Source of the DNA: an uncultured Actinomycetota bacterium
GTDB lineage: Bacteria; Actinomycetota; Geothermincolia; Geothermincolales; Geothermincolaceae
Reading direction: 5' to 3'
DNA length: 64,000 nucleotides
Assembly (NCBI GenBank): GCA_964515075.1
Contig: CAZETE010000003.1
Location: 14,254-78,253, forward strand
Positions within the stretch are counted from its first letter, which is position 1; each line of letters starts with the position of its first letter. Position numbers and translations under genes: made by a program. This document shows, in pieces, positions 56,817 to 64,000 of the stretch. The notes under the pieces were generated by a model. The model had not been told where the DNA came from. It did not search any database and saw nothing but the letters and a program-made list of their open reading frames with translations.

Positions 56817-58337
56817 GTGGTGGCGTTGTCCGAGAAGGACCAGGCCCGGGAGAAGACCAAGGATTACCGGAGAGAGGTGAGGAAGGAGGTCAAGGACCTG
56901 CTGGGGCTGCTCGAGGCGGCCGAGAAGGCCCCGGCGGGAGAGGTCCTCTACGGAGGAAAGGCCGCTTTGGGGCGCGAGGCGCTCCTGGCCCTCCCCCGCC
57001 TGCTCAAGATTTACCTTCAACTTATGGTTGATGCTTCCGACTACCTGACGGGCCTGCCGGAGGAGGAGTGGAAGTCCTTGGAGGACGCCGCCCTGGCCTC
57101 GCTGGAGGAGATGCCCCTGGGGGAGGCGGTGAACGCCTATTTCCGCCTCTCGCGCAGGCTCTGGGAGGAGGACGCGGAGGCGCTGGCGGAGGCGGAGCTC
57201 GGCCTGGCCGCCGCGGCCATCGAGCGCATCGACTTCGGCAAGGTGCGCAAGGCCGTGGAGGTGAAGCTTGAGGGGCGCTACCCGGTCTACGCGGGGGTGA
57301 TCGACCGCCTGGTGGGAGACCCCATCATCATCGCCAACCTGCTCACCGCCGCTCCGGCTTACGCCAACACCCTCCTCCGCCTGTTGAACAGGGTCCTGGC
57401 CGGCCTGGACCTGCCGTCGGAGATCCTGGCCTCGGCCATCTTCAACCTGCTCGAGGCCCTCGACGTCGAGGAGGCGGGGCGGGTGGCCACGGGGATCTCC
57501 CAGGTCGTCAAGTCCCTGCACGAGGGCAGCCTGGTGCTGGGCTTAAACGAGCCCCGCTTCCGCGAGGTGGCCGAGCGGCTGGTTGAGCGCTTCCTCTCCT
57601 CCGCCGACTGGCAGTCCGGCTACGAGGCGGTGGCGGCGCTCTCCGAGAACCTGGAGGTGCTCATCCGGGTCATGGCGGACTCCGCCGTCTCCCGCCCCGA
57701 GTTGATGGCGGCCGGAGCATCCTGCGCCGCCCGCTCCCTGGGCTCGCTCATCCGCGGCCTCTCCTATTCCGCCCGCCGCCTGGAGGTCCTGCCCGACGCC
57801 TTCTTCGAGACGTGGGGCCGCGCCGTCCTGGACCACGCCGAGCTTCGCGAGCTGGGCGAGCTGGTCAACTCCCTGCTGGTGGCACACAACCGCCTGGCGG
57901 ACGCCAACCCGGGTATGCTGGGGGAGGCCCTGGACCGGGCCTGGAGCGGCATCGACCCGGAGGAGCTGGGCCGGGCCGCCCGGGAAGGCATGCGCCAGAC
58001 CTTCGGCTGGCTGCTCAGGCAGGACCCCGCCGGGCTCTTCGAGCCGGGCGAGGCGGGGCGCCTGCTCAACGAGCTCATCGCCGCATACAACCGCTCCCCG
58101 GCCTTCTCGCCGGGCGCCTTGCGCGATTACCTGGGAAGCGTCCTGGGTCAGTTGGACCCGCAGGAGCTGGGCCGGGCCCTGGACTCCGCCGCCTCCCAGG
58201 TGGTGGAGGCGGTCACCGCCGAGCCGGCGCTGGCGAGGGTCTTGATGCGCTCCGCGCTGGGGGCGTTGTGGAAGGCGTTCAAGGGGACGGCGGGCGCGCT
58301 GCTCGCCGCCTGGAGGGGCCGGAAGGCGGGTGGTTGA
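56817..58337 (+). CDS. Unknown helical-repeat protein H3
   Basis: 506 aa; internal repeats IDPEELGRA / LDPQELGRA / LDVEEAGRV and LGEAVN / LGELVN / AGRLLN. Confidence 0.8.
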   Translation: MVALSEKDQAREKTKDYRREVRKEVKDLLGLLEAAEKAPAGEVLYGGKAALGREALLALPRLLKIYLQLMVDASDYLTGLPEEEWKSLEDAALASLEEMPLGEAVNAYFRLSRRLWEEDAEALAEAELGLAAAAIERIDFGKVRKAVEVKLEGRYPVYAGVIDRLVGDPIIIANLLTAAPAYANTLLRLLNRVLAGLDLPSEILASAIFNLLEALDVEEAGRVATGISQVVKSLHEGSLVLGLNEPRFREVAERLVERFLSSADWQSGYEAVAALSENLEVLIRVMADSAVSRPELMAAGASCAARSLGSLIRGLSYSARRLEVLPDAFFETWGRAVLDHAELRELGELVNSLLVAHNRLADANPGMLGEALDRAWSGIDPEELGRAAREGMRQTFGWLLRQDPAGLFEPGEAGRLLNELIAAYNRSPAFSPGALRDYLGSVLGQLDPQELGRALDSAASQVVEAVTAEPALARVLMRSALGALWKAFKGTAGALLAAWRGRKAGG

Positions 58338-59451
58338 GGTGGAGAAGATGCAGGGCTTGGCGAGCGTGCTCGAGAACGACTACGTGAAGAAGGCCAAGGC
58401 GGAGGGCGTCCCGGTCGTCGGCTACGCCTGCCTGGCCACGCCGCGCGAGATCTTCGACGCCGCCGGCATACTCCCCTACCGCCTCAGGGGCATGTCGGTG
58501 TCCCGCACCGAGCTGGCCGATGCCTACCTCTCCCGCTTCAACTGCGGCTTCTGCCGCTCCTGCCTGCAGCTGGCCCTGGACGGCAGCTACGGCTTCTTCG
58601 ACGGGCTGCTGGAGACCAACGGCTGCGACCACCTGCGCGGCATGTTCGAGAACTGGCAGTACGCCCACCCCGAGGAGTTCTTCCACTACCTGCGCGTCCC
58701 CCACCTCACCGACGAGGAGTCTACGGACTGGTTCGCAGAAGAGCTCGGCCTCTTGAAGGAGGCGCTCGAGGACCGCTTCGGGGTGTCCATAAGCGACGCC
58801 GACCTCTCCGCGGCCATGGACCGGCAGGCCTCCATCGCCCGGAAGCTCCGGGACATCTACGAGAGCCGCTGGGGCGACCGCATCAAGGTCAGCGGCGGCG
58901 AGATCCTCCAGCTGATGGTGCTGGAGGGGTCCATGCGTCCCGCCGACTTCTCCGCGCTGCTGGACGAGTTCGCCGCGGAGCTGGAGGAGCGCCAGCCCCT
59001 GGAGTACCGGGCGCGCATCTTCATGGGCGGCTCAGCCACCGACGAGGTCGAATTGCTGACCGAGCTGGAGGCCCTGGGAGGGGTGGTGGTGGCCGACTCC
59101 TTCTGCTTCGGCGGGCGCATCTTCCGCAACGGGGAGGAGCCGGAGGGCTCCCCCCTCGAGCGGCTGGCCCGGCGCTACCTGCACAACCTGATGTGCCCGC
59201 GCATGTTCGACGACTACGCGCGGCGCAAGGCCTTCATCGACGGCCTCATCTCCGGGTCACGGGCGGACGGCGCCATCCTCTTCCACAACAAGTTCTGCGA
59301 CGTGCACGGGGTGGAGAACGTCAAGCTGCGCATGGACCTGGAGAAGGAGGGGCTGCCGGTGCTCACCCTGGAGAAGGAGTACGGCGCCTCGGCGGACATC
59401 GGGAGGCTCAAGACCAGGGTGCAGGCCTTCCTGGAAAGACTGAGGAAGTGA
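58330..59451 (+). CDS. 2-hydroxyacyl-CoA dehydratase / benzoyl-CoA reductase family subunit (beta/BcrC-like)
   Basis: VGY....PREIFDAAG, three cluster Cys (FNCGFC, NGCD, KFCD), VVADSFC.G.R, RLKTRVQAFLE. Confidence 0.88.
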   Translation: MVEVEKMQGLASVLENDYVKKAKAEGVPVVGYACLATPREIFDAAGILPYRLRGMSVSRTELADAYLSRFNCGFCRSCLQLALDGSYGFFDGLLETNGCDHLRGMFENWQYAHPEEFFHYLRVPHLTDEESTDWFAEELGLLKEALEDRFGVSISDADLSAAMDRQASIARKLRDIYESRWGDRIKVSGGEILQLMVLEGSMRPADFSALLDEFAAELEERQPLEYRARIFMGGSATDEVELLTELEALGGVVVADSFCFGGRIFRNGEEPEGSPLERLARRYLHNLMCPRMFDDYARRKAFIDGLISGSRADGAILFHNKFCDVHGVENVKLRMDLEKEGLPVLTLEKEYGASADIGRLKTRVQAFLERLRK

Positions 59452-60923
59452 CGGCCGTGACCGACGTACTCATCAAGGAGCATCAGGGCCTCTACGACCG
59501 GGTCTATTCCCTCTTCTCCATCGTCGGCAGGCTGAAGGAGGAGATGAGCCCGGAGGAGGTGGAGGGGATGCTCAGGGTGCTTCCCCCCGACACCTACAAG
59601 GCCCTCAAGTCCATGCTGCGCCAGGACCTCCTGCCCGCCACCCTGGCCTTCATGCGCATGCTCAAGGCCTGGATGGACGAAGCGGTGCGGGCGCGGGAGG
59701 AAGGCAGGAAGGTCATCCTGGTGCCCTTCAACTTCCCCCCCGAGCTCATCCACTCCTTCGAGGGGGCCTTCCCCCTGACCAGCGAGGTCCTCTCCACCCT
59801 GGGGGTGGTGGCGCTGGAGGGCCAGGGCGAGCGCTACTGGGACTACGCCATGGGCCTGGGCCTGCCCGACCACCTCTGCTCCTCCAACACCATCGCCCTG
59901 GGGAGCATCCTCACCGGGTCCGACTTCTCGCCGGACGCCATCGTCTCCTCCGCCGCGGGCGCCTGCGACGTCAACGCCATGGTCCACGAGTTCGTCGCCC
60001 ACCTGCTGGACGTCCCCCACATCATGCTGGAGAAGCCGGGGGACAGCGGCCGCCGGGGGCGGGAGCTCTTCGGCCGCTACTACCGGCGGATGGTCCGGCA
60101 GCTGGAGGAGTTCGTCGGCGAGGAGCTCGAGGCGGACAACCTGGAGGTGGTGGCGGAGAAGAGCAACCGCTGCACCGAGCTCTATTACGACCTCTGGGAA
60201 CTGCGCAAACAGATCCCCTCGCCCGTGCCGGCCATCTTCGCCCTCTACACCTACGCCACCCGCTTCACCATGTGGGGGCGGGACGAGGGCATCGCCTGCC
60301 TAGAGGCCTGCGTCGACGTGGCCCGCCGCAACCTGGAGAGGGGGACCTTCCCCGCCGCCGGAGAGGTGGCCCGCCCCCTGTGGATCTACCTCCCCTACTT
60401 CTTCGACTTCGTGGGCTTCTTCGACTGGATGGAGTCGCGCAACATCGCCAACATGGGCGACGTGCTGATGTGCTGCTTCCCCTCCAGGGTGGACACCTCC
60501 TCCAAGGAGGCCATCCTCGACGGCATGTGCGAGGCGGCCTGGAACATGCCCATGACCCGCCAGATGGGCGGCGACGTCATGTCCCAGCGCTGGCTCTCGG
60601 ACATCGTCTACACGGTGAAGGAGCTCAACTGCAACTGCGCCATCTACTGCGGCCACCACTCCTGCAAGCAGACCTGGAGCGTCTTCTCCCAGGTGCGCAA
60701 CGAGATAACCCGCCAGGCCGGGGTGCCCACCCTGTGCCTGCAGGGGGACACCTGGATCGGGCGCACCACCCCCATCAGCGTCATCCAGGAAGAGATCGCC
60801 ACCTTCGTGGACAACGTGGTGGCCGGGGGCGGCCGGCGCCGCCGGCGGAGCAGGGCGAAAGCCGCGGCCGGCGCGCCCGCGAAGCCCGGCGAGGCGGAGG
60901 CCGCCGGGGAAGAGGCGGGATGA
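59448..60923 (+). CDS. 2-hydroxyacyl-CoA dehydratase family subunit (alpha/BcrB-like) 1
   Basis: Start reset to GTG 59448 (GTGA overlap); PPELIHSF, DHLCS, GACD, HSCKQ, PTLCLQGD. Confidence 0.88.
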   Translation: MTAVTDVLIKEHQGLYDRVYSLFSIVGRLKEEMSPEEVEGMLRVLPPDTYKALKSMLRQDLLPATLAFMRMLKAWMDEAVRAREEGRKVILVPFNFPPELIHSFEGAFPLTSEVLSTLGVVALEGQGERYWDYAMGLGLPDHLCSSNTIALGSILTGSDFSPDAIVSSAAGACDVNAMVHEFVAHLLDVPHIMLEKPGDSGRRGRELFGRYYRRMVRQLEEFVGEELEADNLEVVAEKSNRCTELYYDLWELRKQIPSPVPAIFALYTYATRFTMWGRDEGIACLEACVDVARRNLERGTFPAAGEVARPLWIYLPYFFDFVGFFDWMESRNIANMGDVLMCCFPSRVDTSSKEAILDGMCEAAWNMPMTRQMGGDVMSQRWLSDIVYTVKELNCNCAIYCGHHSCKQTWSVFSQVRNEITRQAGVPTLCLQGDTWIGRTTPISVIQEEIATFVDNVVAGGGRRRRRSRAKAAAGAPAKPGEAEAAGEEAG

Positions 60924-62341
60924 GGAGAGCGGTGGTCGAGGTAGGGCGGCAGGCCGGCGACGGCCTCTTCAGGCGGGTGGAGAACCTGGTCAAGGTGGCG
61001 ATGCGCCTGCCCGACGACTTAAGCGACGAGGAGGCCGAGGGCCTGGTCCGGGCGCTGCCGGCCGACACCGCCCGCAACATCGCGGCCATGCTCCACCCGC
61101 GCTTCCGCCCGGTTTCCATCGCCTTCATGAAGATGGTGGGGCGGTGGATGTTCGAGGGCAGCCGGGCCGGGGAGGAAGGGATGAAGGCCGTCCTCATCCC
61201 CTTCAACTTCCCGCCCGAGGTCATCCGCATCTTCCGCCGGGCCCGCCCCCTCACCTGCGAGTTCCTCACCACCGTGGGAGTGGCCATGCTGGAGGGCCAG
61301 GGCGAGCGCTACTGGGACTTCGCCATGGGGCTGGGCATCCCCGACTTCCTCTGCTCCTCCTCCACCATAGAGCTGGGATCCATCCTCTCCGGCTCCGACT
61401 TCTCCCCCGACGCCCTGGTGCAGTCGGCGCCCGGCGCCTGCGACGCCAACTCCAAGATCCACGAGTTCGTCTCCCGCTACATGGGGGTGCCCCAGTTCGT
61501 CGTCGAGAAGCCGGTGGATGGCGGGGCGCGGGGCAGGGAGCAGCACCGCCGCAGCTTCCGCCGCTTCATCCGGGACCTGGAGGAGTTCACCGGCGAGGAG
61601 CTGGACGAGGGGCACATGCGCGAAGTCCTTACGCGGGCCAACCAGGCGGCGGAGCTCTACTACGACCTCCACGAGATGCGCAAGGCCGCCCCCTGCCCGG
61701 TGCCCAACATCATCTCTCTCTACACCTACGGGGTCCGCTTCACCACCTGGGGCACCCGGGAAGCGGTGGAGATGATGCGCATGATGGTGGAGCTGGCGCG
61801 GGCGCGCCTGGAGAAGGGGGAGTACCCGGCCGCCGAGGAGGTGGCCCGCTGCATGTGGCTGTACATCGGCTACTACTACGATTTCATGGGCTTCTTCAAC
61901 TGGATGGAGGAGAACGGCATCACCTACCTCAACGACATCCTCTCCCTCTGCCAGCCCCTGCGCATCGACACCACCTCCAGGGAGAGCATGCTGGACGGCC
62001 TGGCCGAGGCGGTCTTCGAGTACCCCATGACCCGCCAGATGGGAGCGGGCTCCATGTCGGAGTCGTGGGTGGAGGACATGTCCCGCTTCATCAAGGAGCT
62101 GGGGGCCAACTGCGCCGTCTACTCCGGCCACCACGCCTGCAAGCAGACCCAGAGCATCATCGGCCGGGTGCGGGAGGAGATCGTCAGGCGCACCGGGGTC
62201 CCGGTGCTCTGCCTCACCGGCGATTCGTGGATACGCAGGATGACCCCCACCGGCGTGCTGCAGGAGGAGCTGTCTTCCTTCGTGGACAACGTGGTGGCGA
62301 AGAAGAAGGCGCGCCGCCGCAAGGCGGCCGGCGTAGAGTAG
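60920..62341 (+). CDS. 2-hydroxyacyl-CoA dehydratase family subunit (alpha/BcrB-like) 2
   Basis: Start reset to ATG 60920; PPEVIRIF, DFLCS, GACD, HACKQ, PVLCLTGD; full-length paralog of 59448-60923. Confidence 0.88.
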   Translation: MRRAVVEVGRQAGDGLFRRVENLVKVAMRLPDDLSDEEAEGLVRALPADTARNIAAMLHPRFRPVSIAFMKMVGRWMFEGSRAGEEGMKAVLIPFNFPPEVIRIFRRARPLTCEFLTTVGVAMLEGQGERYWDFAMGLGIPDFLCSSSTIELGSILSGSDFSPDALVQSAPGACDANSKIHEFVSRYMGVPQFVVEKPVDGGARGREQHRRSFRRFIRDLEEFTGEELDEGHMREVLTRANQAAELYYDLHEMRKAAPCPVPNIISLYTYGVRFTTWGTREAVEMMRMMVELARARLEKGEYPAAEEVARCMWLYIGYYYDFMGFFNWMEENGITYLNDILSLCQPLRIDTTSRESMLDGLAEAVFEYPMTRQMGAGSMSESWVEDMSRFIKELGANCAVYSGHHACKQTQSIIGRVREEIVRRTGVPVLCLTGDSWIRRMTPTGVLQEELSSFVDNVVAKKKARRRKAAGVE

Positions 62342-62354
62342 AAAGGAAGGGCAG

Positions 62355-63152
62355 ATGGCCAAGCGCTATGGAGGCATCGATGTCGGCTCCCTCTCCGCCC
62401 AGGCGGTGATCCTGGAGAACGGCTCCATCCGGTCTTATTACACCATGCCGGTGAAGCCCAACCCGCTGGACTCGGCGACCAGCGTGCTGTACCTGGCCCT
62501 GGAGGCGGGCGGCCTGGAGCCGGGCGACCTGGCCTTCACCGTCAGCACCGGCTACGGCAGGGAGCAGGTCCAGAAGGAGGGCCTCTCGCAGGCCAACGTG
62601 AGCGAGATCTCCGCCCACGGCAAGGGGGCGCACTGGCTGCTGCCGGCAGCGCACACCATCATCGATATCGGCGGGCAGGACGCCAAGGTGATCCGGGTGG
62701 ACCGGGACGGCGAGCTGGTGGACTTCGTCATGAACGACAAGTGCGCGGCGGGGACCGGACGCTTCCTGGAGGTGATGGCCCGCACCCTGGGCGTCTCCCT
62801 GGAGGAACTGGGCCCCCTCTCCTTCAAGGCCCGCAACCCCATCGAGCTCTCCACCCGCTGCAGCATCTACTGCGAGACCGAGGCCCTCCACTACCTGCAG
62901 CGCGGGGTGGAATCGGCGGACATCGCCGCCAGCGTCAACCGCACCATGGCCGAGCGGGTGCTGGCCCTGGTGCGCCGGGTGGGCATGGAGAAGGAGGCCA
63001 CCATGACCGGCGGGGTGGCCAAGAACGTGGCGGTGCGCAAGGAGCTGGAGCGCCTCATCGGCTCCCGGCTGCTCGAGTACGACGTCGATTCGCAGATCGT
63101 GGGGGCGCTGGGAGCGGCCCTCATCGCCAGGGAGCAGGGGGGCGGCCGATGA
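62355..63152 (+). CDS. ATP-dependent electron-transfer activase (HgdC/BcrA/D-type ASKHA) 1
   Basis: GIDVGS, TGYGR, EISAH, DIGGQDAK, MNDKCAAGTGRFLE, RCSIYCETE, TGGVAKN. Confidence 0.93.
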   Translation: MAKRYGGIDVGSLSAQAVILENGSIRSYYTMPVKPNPLDSATSVLYLALEAGGLEPGDLAFTVSTGYGREQVQKEGLSQANVSEISAHGKGAHWLLPAAHTIIDIGGQDAKVIRVDRDGELVDFVMNDKCAAGTGRFLEVMARTLGVSLEELGPLSFKARNPIELSTRCSIYCETEALHYLQRGVESADIAASVNRTMAERVLALVRRVGMEKEATMTGGVAKNVAVRKELERLIGSRLLEYDVDSQIVGALGAALIAREQGGGR

Positions 63153-63931
63153 TCACCATGGGGGTGGACGTGGGCAGCCTCTTCTCCAAGGCGGTGATCC
63201 TGCGCGACGAGGAGATGCTGGCCGGCGAGGTCCGCGAGACCACCGGCAACGTGGCGCGGGAACTGGACGGCCTCATCGCGGCGGCGCTGGACCGGGCGGG
63301 CATCGGCCCGGGGGAGGTGGAGGTCTGCGTGAGCACCGGCACCGGGGGTGACCTGGTCAAGCCGGCCGAGTTCGACGAGGACGACGTGGCCTGCCTGGCC
63401 ATGGCCTGCCGCCACTTCCTGCCGGAGGTGGCGGTGGTGGTCAACATCGGCGGGCAGTCCATCGCCACGGTCCTCTCCGACGCCGAGGGAGAGGTGCTCG
63501 ACTTCATGCGCAACGACAAGTGCGCCTCCGGTTCGGGGCGCTATCTCGAGGTGATGAGCGCCGCCCTGGGGGTGCCGGTGGACATGATCGACGCCACGGC
63601 CGAACGGGCGGAGCGGCGCATCTCCATCAGCTCGCAGTGCGGGGTGTTCGCGGAGAGCGAGATCGTCTCCCACGTCAACCAGGGCGAGCCGGTGCCGGAC
63701 ATCGTGGCCGGGCTCTGCGACTCGGTGGCCTCCATGGTCATCTCCCAGGCCATGCGCTTCGGGGGCGGCGGCGACTACACCATCACCGGCGGGGTGGCCC
63801 GCCTGAAGAGCGTGACCGGCATGATGCAGGAGAGGATGCGCGGCACCTATCACCCCTTCCCCATCGACCCCATGCTAGCCGCCGCCTTCGGGGCCGCCCT
63901 CATCGGCGGCCTGGAAGAGCTGCCCGAGTAG
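63149..63931 (+). CDS. ATP-dependent activase 2 with degenerate nucleotide motifs
   Basis: GVDVGS, STGTGG, NIGGQSIA, NDKCASGSGRYLE, SSQCGVFAESE, TGGVAR; start reset to ATG 63149. Confidence 0.9.
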   Translation: MITMGVDVGSLFSKAVILRDEEMLAGEVRETTGNVARELDGLIAAALDRAGIGPGEVEVCVSTGTGGDLVKPAEFDEDDVACLAMACRHFLPEVAVVVNIGGQSIATVLSDAEGEVLDFMRNDKCASGSGRYLEVMSAALGVPVDMIDATAERAERRISISSQCGVFAESEIVSHVNQGEPVPDIVAGLCDSVASMVISQAMRFGGGGDYTITGGVARLKSVTGMMQERMRGTYHPFPIDPMLAAAFGAALIGGLEELPE

Positions 63932-63940
63932 CTGGACGGC

Positions 63941-64000
63941 ATGGGCCTCTTCGACGAAGCGCTGGCCGGAGTGGTGGCGTGGCGCGAGGAGCTCCGCGCC
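63941..64000 (+). CDS. Start of the next gene, truncated by the window edge
   Basis: ATG GGC CTC TTC GAC GAA... (MGLFDEALAGVVAWREELRA) open to the end of the window. Confidence 0.4.
   Translation, partial: MGLFDEALAGVVAWREELRA

Noticed and set aside
58330-63931. Plasmalogen synthase (PlsA/PlsR) or canonical benzoyl-CoA reductase call
   Set aside because: The activase domains are separate genes rather than fused as in PlsA, and no dch/had/oah or benzoate-CoA ligase genes are in the window; family-level naming only.

Overview
This is a very GC-rich (about 70% by eye) chromosomal window. It most likely comes from a deep-branching anaerobic actinobacterium such as Ca. Geothermincolia; this is an inference from murI-MBL hydrolase synteny, leaderless TANNNT promoters and corrinoid/radical enzymes. 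Positions 1-39 kb are mostly housekeeping: MBL hydrolase, murI, an EFR1 ferrodoxin, tmRNA (tag ANNELALAA) with smpB, the operon purD-E-B-S-Q-L-F-M-N-H, purA, a kdpFABC locus with truncated KdpD/USP/TrkA partners, pncB and an acc/fab cluster. Positions 39-64 kb hold two regulator-linked anaerobic catabolic modules. The first is a GntR(HutC)-linked corrinoid methyltransferase system (two URO-D-like MT1, two corrinoid proteins, one pterin-binding MT2) in line with a GlcDEF-like FAD/Fe-S oxidoreductase. The second is a FadR-led operon and the best candidate for an undescribed system. It encodes two acyl-CoA-dehydrogenase-fold proteins that both lack the catalytic Glu, three unknown helical-repeat proteins, three 2-hydroxyacyl-CoA dehydratase/benzoyl-CoA reductase-type subunits and two different ATP-dependent activase subunits. 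Other notable points are PurQ with the catalytic His replaced by Arg, a lysine-less BCCP paralog (BADC-like), and a dispersed GGGGTCAG(GCCC) REP/REPIN-like inverted-repeat family at four loci. No CRISPR array, rRNA, tRNA, integrase or transposase was found. All calls come from reading motifs by eye; no database searches were run.
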